Source: Bacteroidota bacterium (GTDB taxonomy: Bacteria > Bacteroidota > Bacteroidia > B-17B0 > Aurantibacillaceae). Taken from it: 64,000 nucleotides of DNA. The translations under genes were made by a program, and so were the position numbers. Positions 39,106 through 51,100 of this stretch are shown in pieces (position 1 is the stretch's first letter; every line of letters begins with the position of its first letter). Location of the stretch: NCBI GenBank assembly GCA_963169355.1, contig CAUJCR010000007.1, positions 31,637 through 95,636 of the forward strand, read 5' to 3'. The notes under the pieces were generated by a model. The model was not told where the DNA came from. It did not search any database and worked only from the letters and a program-made list of their open reading frames with translations.

Positions 39106-39894
39106 ATGAATTTAGATTTAAAAAATAAGCAAGCCATTGTATGTGGTAGTACTCAAGGTATTGGTAAGGCTGTAGCTATTGAGTTAGCAAATATGGGCGC
39201 ACATGTAACTTTAGTAGCTCGTAACGAAGAGAGTTTAAAAACAGTAAAGCAAGAGTTGAATACATCGGCAGGCCAGTTACATTCGTATTTGTGTGTAGAT
39301 TTTAGTAAGCCTAATGAATTAAAACAAATCATGGAGGCTTATTTACAACGTCAGCCTATTGTTCATATACTTGTAAATAATACAGGCGGACCAGCTGCAG
39401 GGCCAGCGCATTTAGCAAAAATCGAAGAGTTTACATCGGCATTTAATAATCATTTAATATGTAATCATATTTTAGTTCAAGCCTGCTTAGAGAGTATGAA
39501 AAATGCTAAATACGGTAGAATTATCAATATTATTTCTACATCTGTAAAAGCACCTTTACCAAATTTAGGGGTATCTAACACCATTCGTGCTGCCGTGGGT
39601 AACTGGGCTAAAACATTGGCTAATGAGTTAGGTAAGTTTAATATTACAGTTAATAATGTGTTACCTGGTGCAACTTCTACGGTTCGCTTAAAAAGTATCA
39701 TCGAAAATAAATCGATTAAAACTGGGCATTCTGTTCATACAATATCTGAAGAGATGTTAGCAGAAATTCCGATGGGAAGATTTGCCGAAGCTTCGGAAGT
39801 GGCTAATGCAGTGGCATTTCTTGCCTCGCCAGCAGCCTCATACATTAATGGTATTAATTTGCCAGTAGATGGTGGAAGAACGGCTAGTTTATAG
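39106..39894 (+). CDS. SDR-family oxidoreductase (FabG-like)
   Basis: GSTQGIGKA cofactor motif, NNTG, and a catalytic region with S...(Y-equivalent)...K spacing. 262 aa. Confidence 0.8.
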   Translation: MNLDLKNKQAIVCGSTQGIGKAVAIELANMGAHVTLVARNEESLKTVKQELNTSAGQLHSYLCVDFSKPNELKQIMEAYLQRQPIVHILVNNTGGPAAGPAHLAKIEEFTSAFNNHLICNHILVQACLESMKNAKYGRIINIISTSVKAPLPNLGVSNTIRAAVGNWAKTLANELGKFNITVNNVLPGATSTVRLKSIIENKSIKTGHSVHTISEEMLAEIPMGRFAEASEVANAVAFLASPAASYINGINLPVDGGRTASL

Positions 39895-40014
39895 TATCTT
39901 TTACTGTTAATTACTTTGTGTTAATTTAACACTCGGCTTCACCTTGTATTTAGCAAAAAGTCTGTATTTTAACCCTATATTTTTTTGTGATTTTTAATCT
40001 TTAACGATAGCTCT

Positions 40015-41025
40015 ATGAAAATTATTATACCAATGGCGGGAAAAGGAAAAAGAATGCGCCCGCATACGCTTACAGTTCCAAAACCATTAATTAACGTGGC
40101 TGGAAAACCTATTGTACAACGTTTAGTAGAAGACATTACTAAAGTGTGTGGCGAAAAAGTAGATGAAATTGCGTTTATTATTGGTCCTGATTTTGGAAAG
40201 GAAGTAGAAGATAATTTAGTGAAAATTGCTCAGTCGCAAGGAGCAAAGGGTACTATTTGCTATCAAGATAAAGCTTTAGGTACGGCTCACGCTATTATGT
40301 GCGCTAAAGATAGCATTACAGGAAAAACAGTGGTGGCATTTGCCGATACATTATTTAAAGCTGATTTTGTAATGGACACAAATCAAGAGGGTGTGATTTG
40401 GGTGCAAGGCATCGAAGATCCTCGTCAGTTTGGAGTTGTAAAGGTAAACGAAGCAGGCGTTATTACTGACTTTGTAGAAAAACCCGAAACCTTTGTCAGT
40501 AATTTAGCAATTATTGGTATTTATTATTTTAAAGATGGTGATAATCTTAAAAAAGAACTGCAATATTTATTAGATAACGATATTAAAGAAAAAGGCGAAT
40601 ACCAATTAACTAATGCCTTAGAAAACATGAAACAAAAAGGAATAGCTTTTACTCCTGGAAAAGTAACCGAATGGTTAGATTGTGGAAATAAAGACGCCAC
40701 GGTTTATACCAACCAACGTGTACTTGAGTTTGAAAAAGGAAAAGCTTCTTTAAAAGGAAAAAATATTGTAACAGAAAATAGCGTTATTATTGAACCTTGC
40801 TTTATTGGAGATAATGTTGAAATAAAAAATGCTATAGTTGGTCCTCATGCCTCTATTGGAAGCGGTTGTAAAATTACAGATACCGTTATAAAAAACACTA
40901 TTGTGCAACCTAATACCAAATTAAGTTCGGTGGTATTAACCAATAGTATGATTGGCGAAGGCGCTGAAATAAAGGGAAAAGCTTTAGATGTGAGTATGAG
41001 TGATTATACAACCGTATTAAATTAA
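40015..41025 (+). CDS. Sugar-phosphate nucleotidyltransferase with C-terminal left-handed beta-helix
   Basis: IIPMAGKGKRMRPHTLTVPKPL signature, and C-terminal hexapeptide-like repeats (IGDNVEIKNAIVGPHASIGSGCKI...). Confidence 0.8.
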   Translation: MKIIIPMAGKGKRMRPHTLTVPKPLINVAGKPIVQRLVEDITKVCGEKVDEIAFIIGPDFGKEVEDNLVKIAQSQGAKGTICYQDKALGTAHAIMCAKDSITGKTVVAFADTLFKADFVMDTNQEGVIWVQGIEDPRQFGVVKVNEAGVITDFVEKPETFVSNLAIIGIYYFKDGDNLKKELQYLLDNDIKEKGEYQLTNALENMKQKGIAFTPGKVTEWLDCGNKDATVYTNQRVLEFEKGKASLKGKNIVTENSVIIEPCFIGDNVEIKNAIVGPHASIGSGCKITDTVIKNTIVQPNTKLSSVVLTNSMIGEGAEIKGKALDVSMSDYTTVLN

Positions 41026-41044
41026 TAGCTTGCCAAAATTATAA

Positions 41045-42793
41045 TTGAGGATAAAAAGATATATTGTTTGGGTAGTGCAACTAACATTGTTAGTTGTGTT
41101 GGTGTCGTGTAAGTTAAAGAAACAAACAACCTCAGATCATTCAGAATCAAATTCAAAATCTAAACACATTTCTGAAAGCAATCAATTAAAATTTACCTTC
41201 TATTTTATTGATGGATGTAGAGAGCGAATGAAAGGAAATTTGGAGTTAGCCGAACGATTATTTAAAGAATGTTTAGCTCTTGATCCTAACTCAGCAGCTG
41301 TTAAATATGAGCTAGGAAGTTTATATCGCCACATTGGTATGTTTGATGATGCTTTAAAGTATGCCAAAGAATGTGCAACGCTTAATTCACAAAATGAATG
41401 GTATCAAATTTTATATATTGATTGTTTGAATAACAAAAGACAATATGCTCAGGCAGCAGATGTGTATAACCGTTTAATTAAAAATTTTCCATATAGAATT
41501 GAGTTTTATCAAGGACTTGCAGAGCAATACGTTTATCTAGGTAATATTGAAAAGGCATTTAAAACATTTGATGAGATGGAAAACAAGTTTGGTAAAAGTG
41601 AAATGGTTATATTAAATAAAATAAAACTATTGCAACAAACTAATAAGAACGAAGAAGCAGAAATTGAACTGAAAAAATTAATAGAAAATTATCCACAAGA
41701 GATAAGATATTATACTTTTTTAGCTGAGTTTTATCAAAATACCAATCAGTTAGAAAAAGCATTTTCAATTTATCAAACTGCTTTGCAAAAGGAGCCCAAC
41801 AATCCTATGATTCATTTAGCACTTGCAGATTATTATAAATTAAAAAACGACCAAGTCAGTTTTTTTAATGAAATTAAAATTGCTTTTTCTAGTCAGGATT
41901 TAGAAACAGAAACCAAAGCGAAAATATTAGCATCTTATTATGAATTGTCTGAAAATGATTCGACGATGAAAGCTCAGGCATTTCAATTATTTGATATAGC
42001 ATTACACACATCGCCCGACGCATCAGAGATTCACGGATTAAAAGGCGATTTTTATTATAGAGATAACCAATTACAAGAGGCACACATTGAATATCAAAAA
42101 GCAATTAAAATTGATAAAAGTAATTTTGAAATTTGGCGTCAGTTAATGCTTGTGGAGTCAGAGTTAGGTGAACATAAATTATTAGACGAAAACGCTACCG
42201 AAGCGATGGAATTATTTCCCAATCAACCTTTACCGTATTTTTTTAATGGATTGGCAAATTTTGCTTTAAAGAATTATTCTAAGGCCATAGAGTCTTTAAA
42301 TAATGGTGTGGAGTTTGTGTATGGTAATAACGCTCTTTTACTTAGCTTTTTTACAACATTAGGCGATTGCTATAATGCTAATAAAGATTATGCAAATTCT
42401 GATAAAGCATTTGATGATGCTTTAAAGATAAATCCAGATAATGCTATGGTACTTAATAATTATGCCTATTATTTATCATTACGAAAAGAGCATTTAGATA
42501 AAGCAGAAAAATTTTCGAGAAGAAGCAACGAACTTAAACCCAATAATGTAAATTTTATAGATACCTATGGCTGGATTTTATTCCAGCAAGCAAAATATAA
42601 CGAGGCTGAGCAATGGCTATCAAGAGCTGTTAAACTAAGCAATAAGGGAAGCATTGCCGAACATTATGGCGATGTGTTATTTAAGTTAGGAAAAGTAGAT
42701 GAAGCATTAAATTATTGGAAAATAGCCAAAGAGAGCGGGATTTCTACTGATGAATTAATTAAGAAAATTAATACGAAAACATTAAATGAATAA
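41045..42793 (+). CDS. TPR-repeat lipoprotein (TTG start)
   Basis: Lipobox LVLVSC, then many TPR-like A..Y..AL...P motifs. Confidence 0.75.
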   Translation: MRIKRYIVWVVQLTLLVVLVSCKLKKQTTSDHSESNSKSKHISESNQLKFTFYFIDGCRERMKGNLELAERLFKECLALDPNSAAVKYELGSLYRHIGMFDDALKYAKECATLNSQNEWYQILYIDCLNNKRQYAQAADVYNRLIKNFPYRIEFYQGLAEQYVYLGNIEKAFKTFDEMENKFGKSEMVILNKIKLLQQTNKNEEAEIELKKLIENYPQEIRYYTFLAEFYQNTNQLEKAFSIYQTALQKEPNNPMIHLALADYYKLKNDQVSFFNEIKIAFSSQDLETETKAKILASYYELSENDSTMKAQAFQLFDIALHTSPDASEIHGLKGDFYYRDNQLQEAHIEYQKAIKIDKSNFEIWRQLMLVESELGEHKLLDENATEAMELFPNQPLPYFFNGLANFALKNYSKAIESLNNGVEFVYGNNALLLSFFTTLGDCYNANKDYANSDKAFDDALKINPDNAMVLNNYAYYLSLRKEHLDKAEKFSRRSNELKPNNVNFIDTYGWILFQQAKYNEAEQWLSRAVKLSNKGSIAEHYGDVLFKLGKVDEALNYWKIAKESGISTDELIKKINTKTLNE

Positions 42794-43670
42794 GTTAAGT
42801 ACGGTTATATATTTTAGTTTCTTTTTGGTTTTATTGACTTTATTTTCTTGTAAATCTAAACAAAAGACTCAGCAAACTCAGCCTGTTATGGCCAATACAG
42901 AAGACACCTTAGGTAAATGCCGATTAATTTTTAAAACTGCAAAATCATTATCAAGACATATTAAGGATAATGAGTTAAAATATGATTGGATGAGTGCCAA
43001 GGCAGATGTAGATGTATTGATTGATAACGAAGATCATAATTTAGATGTCAGAGTAAAGGCTAAGAAGGATAGTATCATCTGGATTTCGATTCAAGCAGTG
43101 GGTATGGTAGATGTAGCTAAGCTTCTTATAACTAAAGATAGTGTTAAAATGGTGGTGTATATTAAGAAAAAATATTTTGTGGGTGATTTTAATTATATCA
43201 ATCAGTTATTAAATGCAGAACTAGATTTTGATTTAATTCAAGCTGCTTTAATAGGAAATAGTGCCGATTTTGATGAAGATGATACTAAAATGAAACCTAT
43301 TATTGATAGAGAATTATGTCATTATATTTTAAGTACCGAAAGAAAGCGAAAGCTACGCCGGATAAGTAATAAGCAAGATTCATTAAAACGCTCGTTGCAG
43401 ATAATGCGTTTAAATCCTACAAATTACAAGATAGTAAATAACGAGTTTCAGGATATTGCAACCAATAGAAGCTTTAGAGCGGATTACTCAAATTTTATAG
43501 CTCCAGATTCTGTTTTTGCACCACACCTTGTTAATATTGAGATAAAGGCAGAGAAGAAAATTAACCTTAAAATTAATTATGTTCGCATAGAGGTAAATAA
43601 ACCTCAAAAAACAAATTTAAACATACCAAAAAGCTATGAACCTATTACCACTAAAAAAGAAACACATTAA
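42786..43670 (+). CDS. DUF4292 (LolB-like fold) lipoprotein
   Basis: Lipobox LTLFSC. Size and position between a TPR gene and an M23 gene match the conserved Bacteroidota arrangement. 8-nt overlap with the upstream gene. Confidence 0.6.
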   Translation: MNKLSTVIYFSFFLVLLTLFSCKSKQKTQQTQPVMANTEDTLGKCRLIFKTAKSLSRHIKDNELKYDWMSAKADVDVLIDNEDHNLDVRVKAKKDSIIWISIQAVGMVDVAKLLITKDSVKMVVYIKKKYFVGDFNYINQLLNAELDFDLIQAALIGNSADFDEDDTKMKPIIDRELCHYILSTERKRKLRRISNKQDSLKRSLQIMRLNPTNYKIVNNEFQDIATNRSFRADYSNFIAPDSVFAPHLVNIEIKAEKKINLKINYVRIEVNKPQKTNLNIPKSYEPITTKKETH

Positions 43671-44985
43671 AGTTTTTGGGTGTTTTTGTTTTTTTTGGTT
43701 AGGTATATTTTCTTTCTCAATAGCTCAAACTAAGGGGCAAAATCAATCAACTTCTCATAAAGAACTTCAAAAAAAGCGAAATAAGTTGAATGATGATATA
43801 AAGCAACTTAATTCGCAGTTGAGCCAAACTAAGGCAAATAAGAAATCACAAATTAATTCAATCGTTGTGATTAATACTAAAATTAAAGTAAGAGAGGAAT
43901 TGATTACTACAATTAATAATGAATTATTACACATCAATTCCCAAATTAAAAGAACTGTAACCGAGGTAAATGCTTTACAGGCCAACTTGAATCAACTAAA
44001 AACCGAATACGCTAAAATGATATATTTTGCACAACGTAATCGTGATTCATATACCAAGTTGATGTTTCTCTTCTCTGCTGGAGATTTTAATCAAGCTTAT
44101 TTAAGACTTAAATATTTTCAACAATATTCAGCTTTTCGTAAGAAACAGGCTATGGAAATAGTAAGTACACAAACTTTATTAAATGAGAAATTAAAACAAC
44201 TAGAAGAACAAAGACATGAGAAAAATGTATTACTAGGCAACGAAAAAGAAGAGAAATTAATTTTAGACACCGAAAAACAACAACAAGAAACGGTGTTAAA
44301 CGAACTACAACAACAAGAAAAGGAATTAAAAGCTGAACTTGAGAAAAAAAGGCGTGATGCTGAAAATTTACAATTAGCCATCAAAAAATTAATAGAAGCT
44401 GAGATTAAACGTAAGGCTGAAGAATCGGCTAGAATTGCTGCTGAGAAAGCTGCTAAAGCTGAAAAATTGGCCAAAGAAAAGAATAAGGCTAAAAAGCCTA
44501 ATAAAACGGAAACTAAAACCATTGAAACCAAACCAACGGCTCCCGAACTTACCGAAGCTGCAGAAGCATTAGGTGCCGACTTCTCGAGCAATAGAGGCAA
44601 ATTGCCTTGGCCAGTAACCAAAGGTGTAATTTGTCAGCCTTATGGGGAATATGAACATCCAGCCATTAAAGGTTTTATGATGAATAATAATGGCGTTGAT
44701 ATCTGTACAGGCAAGGGTTCCGAAGCACGTGCTGTATTTGATGGTGAGGTAACAAGCATTGCTATTTCTCCAACAGGTGGCAAGCTAGTAATTGTGAGAC
44801 ATGGCGAATATTTAAGTGTGTATAGTAATTTAGAAAATGTATTTGTAAAACAAGGGCAACAAGTAAAAATTAAACAAGCCATTGGAACCATTATAGATGA
44901 AGACGGAAAAACGAGTATGAACTTGCAAATTTGGAAAGGGCAGAAAACCATGGATCCAAGCGGTTGGCTTTATAATGCCCGATAA
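43636..44985 (+). CDS. EnvC-like murein hydrolase activator: coiled coil plus degenerate LytM (M23) domain
   Basis: Signal peptide, about 280 aa of coiled coil, and a C-terminal LytM fold in which the metal ligands are replaced (NNNGVDI, VYSNL, NLQIW instead of HxxxD / H / HxH). Confidence 0.8.
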   Translation: MNLLPLKKKHIKVFGCFCFFWLGIFSFSIAQTKGQNQSTSHKELQKKRNKLNDDIKQLNSQLSQTKANKKSQINSIVVINTKIKVREELITTINNELLHINSQIKRTVTEVNALQANLNQLKTEYAKMIYFAQRNRDSYTKLMFLFSAGDFNQAYLRLKYFQQYSAFRKKQAMEIVSTQTLLNEKLKQLEEQRHEKNVLLGNEKEEKLILDTEKQQQETVLNELQQQEKELKAELEKKRRDAENLQLAIKKLIEAEIKRKAEESARIAAEKAAKAEKLAKEKNKAKKPNKTETKTIETKPTAPELTEAAEALGADFSSNRGKLPWPVTKGVICQPYGEYEHPAIKGFMMNNNGVDICTGKGSEARAVFDGEVTSIAISPTGGKLVIVRHGEYLSVYSNLENVFVKQGQQVKIKQAIGTIIDEDGKTSMNLQIWKGQKTMDPSGWLYNAR

Positions 44986-45085
44986 TTTGATTTCTTAACA
45001 AATTACATTGAACAATTCTTGAAAATTCTACTTAAAAATTATGTAATTTCTCATTATTTAGCATCTAAATCCTAACTATTTTAGG

Positions 45086-45093
45086 TAAATTTG
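45086..45093 (+). promoter_or_regulatory. -7 box TAAATTTG for the giant SPOR gene
   Basis: Exact TAnnTTTG. It overlaps the TTG (45091) used by the ORF track, which argues for ATG 45130 as the real start. Confidence 0.5.
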
Positions 45094-45129
45094 GTATTAG
45101 CTCTGAGTAACAACGGAAATACATATTTT

Positions 45130-48100
45130 ATGATTAGCGGTAAACGCATGTTTGCTTGCTTATGGGTGTTATTTGTGTTTTTTAATTCCACGTATCTTTA
45201 TGCTCAAGTTAAAAACGAAGATGAACTCAAAAAACAAGCTCTTCAATTTTTTGAAGAACAGGAATATGCTCAGGCATACAAGCATTACTCGCAATTAGTT
45301 TCACTTTATCCAAAGGATCCAGAATATAATTTTAAGTTAGGTGTCTGCATGTTGTATTCTGAACCTGATAAGAAAAAACCATTCACTTATTTTCAGGTAG
45401 CATTAAAAAATCCAAGTGAAGCACCAAAAGAAACTAAATTTTATTTAGCAAAAACCTATCATGTGAATTATCGTTTTGATGAGGCAATTAAATTATATAC
45501 TGAATTTAAACAAACCGCAGGTTCATCATTAGTAAAGAAATTAGAAGTAGATAGAGAAATACAGGCATGTAAAAATGGGAAACGTTTATTGTCTAATTTA
45601 TCCGATTTAGTGATTATTAATAAAAAACAACTGAATGAGATTGATTATTTCAAAGCTTATGATATTAAAGATATTGGTGGGAAATTATTGGTAAAACCAG
45701 ACGATTATAAATCAAGTTATGATAAAAAGAAGAAAGATAAATCTGTCGTTTATTTGCCACGTGCAGGCAATCGTTTGTACTATTCTAGCTATGGCGATGG
45801 TGGTAGTTCTGGACGAGATATTTATTATGTGAATAGATTACCAAATGGTAGTTGGAGTAAAGCCACTAAATTACCAACGTCCATAAATACCGAGTTTGAT
45901 GAGGATTATCCTTTTCTACATCCTAATGGAAAAACACTTTACTTTTCATCAAAAGGGCATAATAGTATGGGAGGTTATGATGTGTTTAAAACCACTTATA
46001 ACGAGGCTACGCAATCATGGAGCCAACCCGAAAATCTAGAGTTCCCAATTAATTCCCCGGATGATGATATATTATTTGTAACTGATTCATTAGAAAAAAC
46101 GGCTTTTTTTAGTACAGGAAGATATAGTCCGTATGGAAAGCTAGATGTGTTGAAAATAAATACAGAACGTCGTCCAATGAACTTTGCCATTATTAAAGGT
46201 ACAGTGGTAAAAGAGGAAGCTTCACAAAGTTTAAAATCAAAGATTACCGTTACTGACATGTCGAATGGTGAGATTGTAGGAACTTATCAAGCGGCTGATA
46301 ACGGCGATTATTTTATGGAATTACCTAATGGTGGTAAATTTATCTTTAAAGTGGAAACACCAGGTATTCCTACCCAATCTGATGGTGTGCAAATTCCAGT
46401 GGCTTATACGTTAAAGCCATATCGCCAAATGATTTCGTACGACAAAAAGCGCTTAAAAATTACGAATTATTTTGATGGCGATATACCTGATGAAAATTAT
46501 AGTGTGATGATGGATTTAATTGAGAAAAAGGCAAAGTTAGAAGTTAATGAAAACGAACCATATAATCAAAACTTGTTGAACCAATCTAAAAATCAAGTAA
46601 ATAATCAAAATACCGATAAAAATAACCTAAGTGCTGTAAATTCAAATAACCCTACAGTACAAGGAGGTGCAAATGAAACAAACTCCAATAAATCATCAAC
46701 TACACCAACAAACAAAAATGTAACTAACGAAGAATTATTAAATATTGCAAAGGAAGATGCAAAAGAAGCCGAACAAGAATCAACTGAATTAAGGCAAGAC
46801 GCACAAAATGCTTATTCATTAGTGTCTCAAAAAACAATAGAGGCGAATGAGAAACAAAAAGAAGCCGAGCAAATTATACAACAAGCTAATGCCATTACAG
46901 ATATTGCTAAAAAAAATGAGGAGCTTGCTAAAGCTAATCAATTGAAGGAAGAGGCAAGGCAGGCTTCAAACATTGCGAATATTGCCACTAACTTGGCTAA
47001 GCGATTAGAGGTAGATGCTAATGCTAAGCAAAAGGAAGCAGAATTAACAAACCAATATGTGAACCAGTTACAAGAGGTAATAAATAATAAGAATAATAAA
47101 GAAGCGCTTACTAAACTTGAGCAAATTCAAAATGAATTAGATGCGGTTTCAAAGCAGCAAAACCAATCAAATGAATTGTTAGCTTCTTTAAAGGCTGAGG
47201 TTGATTTGAAACAACAAGAGATTACATCAACTGAGAAAAAAATTAATAATATTTCTCAAGAAATTTCAACACTTAAAACGGAGGTAGAAACATTAGAAAA
47301 GGATAGGATTAATGAAACGGATAAAACTTTAAAAGAAAATATTGCAGCGCAAATACGCGAAGTTAATAATGAGATAGATGCTAAAAATAATGAATTAACC
47401 AACCAAAATAAAAGAATTGAAGCTTTACGAAGTGATATTGATGGAATAAAACAAAGTATCCAAATAGCCTCAAATATGCAGGACAATGCTACAGATGCTG
47501 TGGCAGTAAATGCTTCTGAAAAAAACAATCAATCGGGTTCTAATATCAATACAACTGATAATACTAATAACCAAAACACTAACTCAGTAACTACTATTGA
47601 TAATGCTTCACCTCAAAATACAACTAGCCTTTCGTATGATGGAATTGTAACTAAATATGCCGATAAAGTAAATACAAATAAGATTGAACAATCTAGTAAA
47701 GAAGAGTTGACACAGCAAAACGAAATACTGAAAAATTATAACAAAGACATTAATGATTTAATTGCATTAGATAAAAATGAACTTTCAAAAACGAAAAACT
47801 CAACTGAAAAGAAAAAATTGTCGGATGAAATTAAACAATTAGAAAAATTAAAAACAGATAATAATAAACTAATAGCTAATAACGATGCAAGTTTAAAAAA
47901 ATTAACTACATCAGATATTGCAAGTAACAATACGAAACAACAACAAAATAATAACGCTAGCAATATAGAAAACAACAACCAAAATTCTGAAAGTACTCAG
48001 CAAATTGGAAATGATAATAATAACCAAGAAGTAACTAATAATAACGTAGCTGTTACTGCTACCAATTCAGATACTAATTCAGCAATAAATAATACAGCTA

Positions 48101-51100
48101 TTAATAACGATAATTCCGATAATCAAACTGCATTAAAACCTATTACTACCAATAATTCAAATGATAATCAAGCTGTACTTAACCAATTAAATAATTTAAG
48201 AACAGGTTTGCAATCTAACTCTTCAACAGCTTCGCAACTTTTTACGTTTAATGACTATAAAGAACAAAGTTCCGTTTCCTTAAAACAAACAGCTACACAA
48301 AAATTTGAGTCAGCCAAACAATTAGAAAATAATTTTAATAATGTGCTTAATAAAGCCGAACAGGATATTAAGAATAGTCAGCAACAAAATTCAGATGCTT
48401 TATTAGCCGAAGCAGATGCCTTGAATAATAAGGCCTTTGAGCAGCGTAAAGAATCAGCGACTAAAACAGGCGCTGAAAAAGATGCGTTGATAAAACAGGC
48501 TCTTGAAAATGAAAAACAAGCCATTGATAAAAAACTGGAAGCAGCAACGGTAGTTAAAAATAAAAATCAATCTTCTTTTGATTTGAATGCTGAGAATTTA
48601 GCAGCTTTACAAAAACTCACTGCTGGCAAGGAAAGTAATGAAATATCTCAAGCTAATATGTTAGTTGATGAGGCCGCTTTAAATTTTAAGCAAGCTAAAA
48701 ATTTACGAACCGAAGCCGAAGCTTATCCTAATGGTGCAGCTAGATTAGGTGGATTGAGTAATGCCGAAGAAAAGGAAAATCAGGCTTTAGCAAAACAACA
48801 AAAAGCCATGGAGTTGCTTATGAAAGCTAATCCTTCTTTTAAACCCAAAGAAAATGCCAACTCACCAACTACTAACGATATTGTTTCAAAAGTAAATAGC
48901 GAGTTAATCAAAGTAGCACAACAACAGGCTGAATCTTTCTTGGCTTTAAGTAAGGCTAATCAAAATGAGTTTAATGCACAAACTAATAAATTGCTTAAAA
49001 ACCAAAATTTAACTAAGCCTGAGAATAAAAATGCACAAGATTTAAAAACGAATGCCGAGCAATTAAATAATGAAGCTAAAGCTTTAATAACTCAAGCTTC
49101 AAACACTTCAGACGCAAGTACCAAAGCTAATTTACTGTTAAAAGCCAATCAAAAAGAAGTTGAAGCTATTAAATTAATGAATCAGGCAACGACATCACTT
49201 GAAAATAATAATTTAGTCAATGCCACAACGCCTCAAAATAATGAAACAAATGCCATTGCCAATAACATACAAGCTAATGAAAACACTAATAGTACTAGTC
49301 GTGTAACGAGTACTAATTCTCCATCAGTAACAACAACTCCTACTACGTCATTAAATAATAATACACAGGCTGTAAATAATAGCACTAGCATAGTATCAAA
49401 TACAACTCAATCTACTTCGGCTACCAATACCACATCGCCTTCTAATACACAAACTCCAACACTAAGTACTGTAGATAATACTTCAACTAATGATCTAGAT
49501 AAACTTAAAGCATCTTTAAATAATTCTAATGAAGCAGCATTAACAGCTTTTGCACTTTATACTTCCAATGAGTCGGTTGAAAAGAAAAATAAGGGCGTTA
49601 ATCAAATTAATACAGCCTTAGCAAAAGACAAACAATTAGAAGGAGCTATTGATCAATTAAAGCAAATGGGAGGCACAAGCCCATTAACACAAAATACCAT
49701 TTCAAACTTATTGTCTGATGCTGAGAAATTAAACGATGAAGCAGCGGTATTAAGAAGAAACTCAGCAACTAAATCTACTACCGAAAGAGATAAAGATATT
49801 GCTCAAGCCAAAGAGTTAGAAAAGAATGCCTTATCTAAAAAAGTAGAAGCCGCTAACAAACAAAAACAATTAAATAAGGCGGTTTTTGAAGCCAATAAAC
49901 AAAGTTTAAACGACTTAGAAAAATTAGCACAAGGAAAAGATATTGCAGAGTTGAGCTCGGTAAGCATGATGCTTACAGAAGCAGATTTGTTTAATAAACA
50001 AGCTCAAAAACTACGTGAAGAATCAGATGCTTACCCAAGTGATGCAGCAAAATTAGGAGGTTATAGTAATGCCGAAGAAAAAGAACAACAAGCCATCGCA
50101 AAACAACAAAGTGCATTAGCTTTATACAAAAAACACTTTCCTAGTTATATTCCTAAACAAGCAACAGTATCTACCGAAAGCCCTGAAATGTTAACTAAAT
50201 TAAATGAAACGAAAGGACAAATTCAAACTAATAATCAAACCCATATTGATGGATTATTACAATTGGTTGAAGCTAATAAATTGGAATATAATCAACGCCT
50301 GAATTTGCTACCAGCTAACATTACCGCAAATCAAAATAACCTTAAAACAAAAGCACAATCGGCATATAATAAAAGTTTAGAATTAGCTAATCAGGCTAAT
50401 CAAACAACAGATGTAACTAGCCGTAAATCTTTGTTAGTACAAGCGGTTCAATCTGGTCAAGAGGCTATTAATTTGCTAAATCAAATAAATGTAAATAGCA
50501 ATTCTGTAGTTAATAATAATACAGAAAGAGCTACTGATACGAATAGAAATGTAGCAAATGAAAATAATACAAACACAGTAGTAACTAATACGAATGCTAA
50601 TACATCAGCAACTAACACAAATGCTACTAATAGGAATGAAAATAATGCAACGACTTCTTCTGCTCCCACCAAGGTAATAAAGGTAGAGGGCTTAGAAGTA
50701 AAGAAAACAGATGCTTATTCGGATAGCAAACCCATTCCTATTGACGAAAAGATGCCAGATGGTTTAGTGTTTAAAGTACAAGTAGGTGCATTTAAAACAA
50801 GATTACCTAATAATACATTTAAAGGATTAGACCCAGTTGTTGCTCAAACAACACCTAATGGCTATATACGATATATGGCAGGAAATTTTGAGCAATATGC
50901 TAGTGCTAATGCTGTAAAAAATGATTTAAGAAATTTAGGATACTCTGATGCCTTTGTTGTAGCATACTTGAATGGCAAACGTATTACATTGAGCGAAGCT
51001 ACAGCTCAAGCACAAGCTCAAGGGCAAGTGATCGAAATGGCTACTAACACAAGCGCTGGTATTACGCCTGATGCTAATATTCCTAGAAATACGGTTTCAA

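Noticed and set aside
45091-45129. TTG start at 45091 for the giant SPOR gene
   Set aside because: It overlaps a perfect TAnnTTTG promoter box, and the extra 13 residues precede an otherwise ideal signal peptide. ATG 45130 is preferred.
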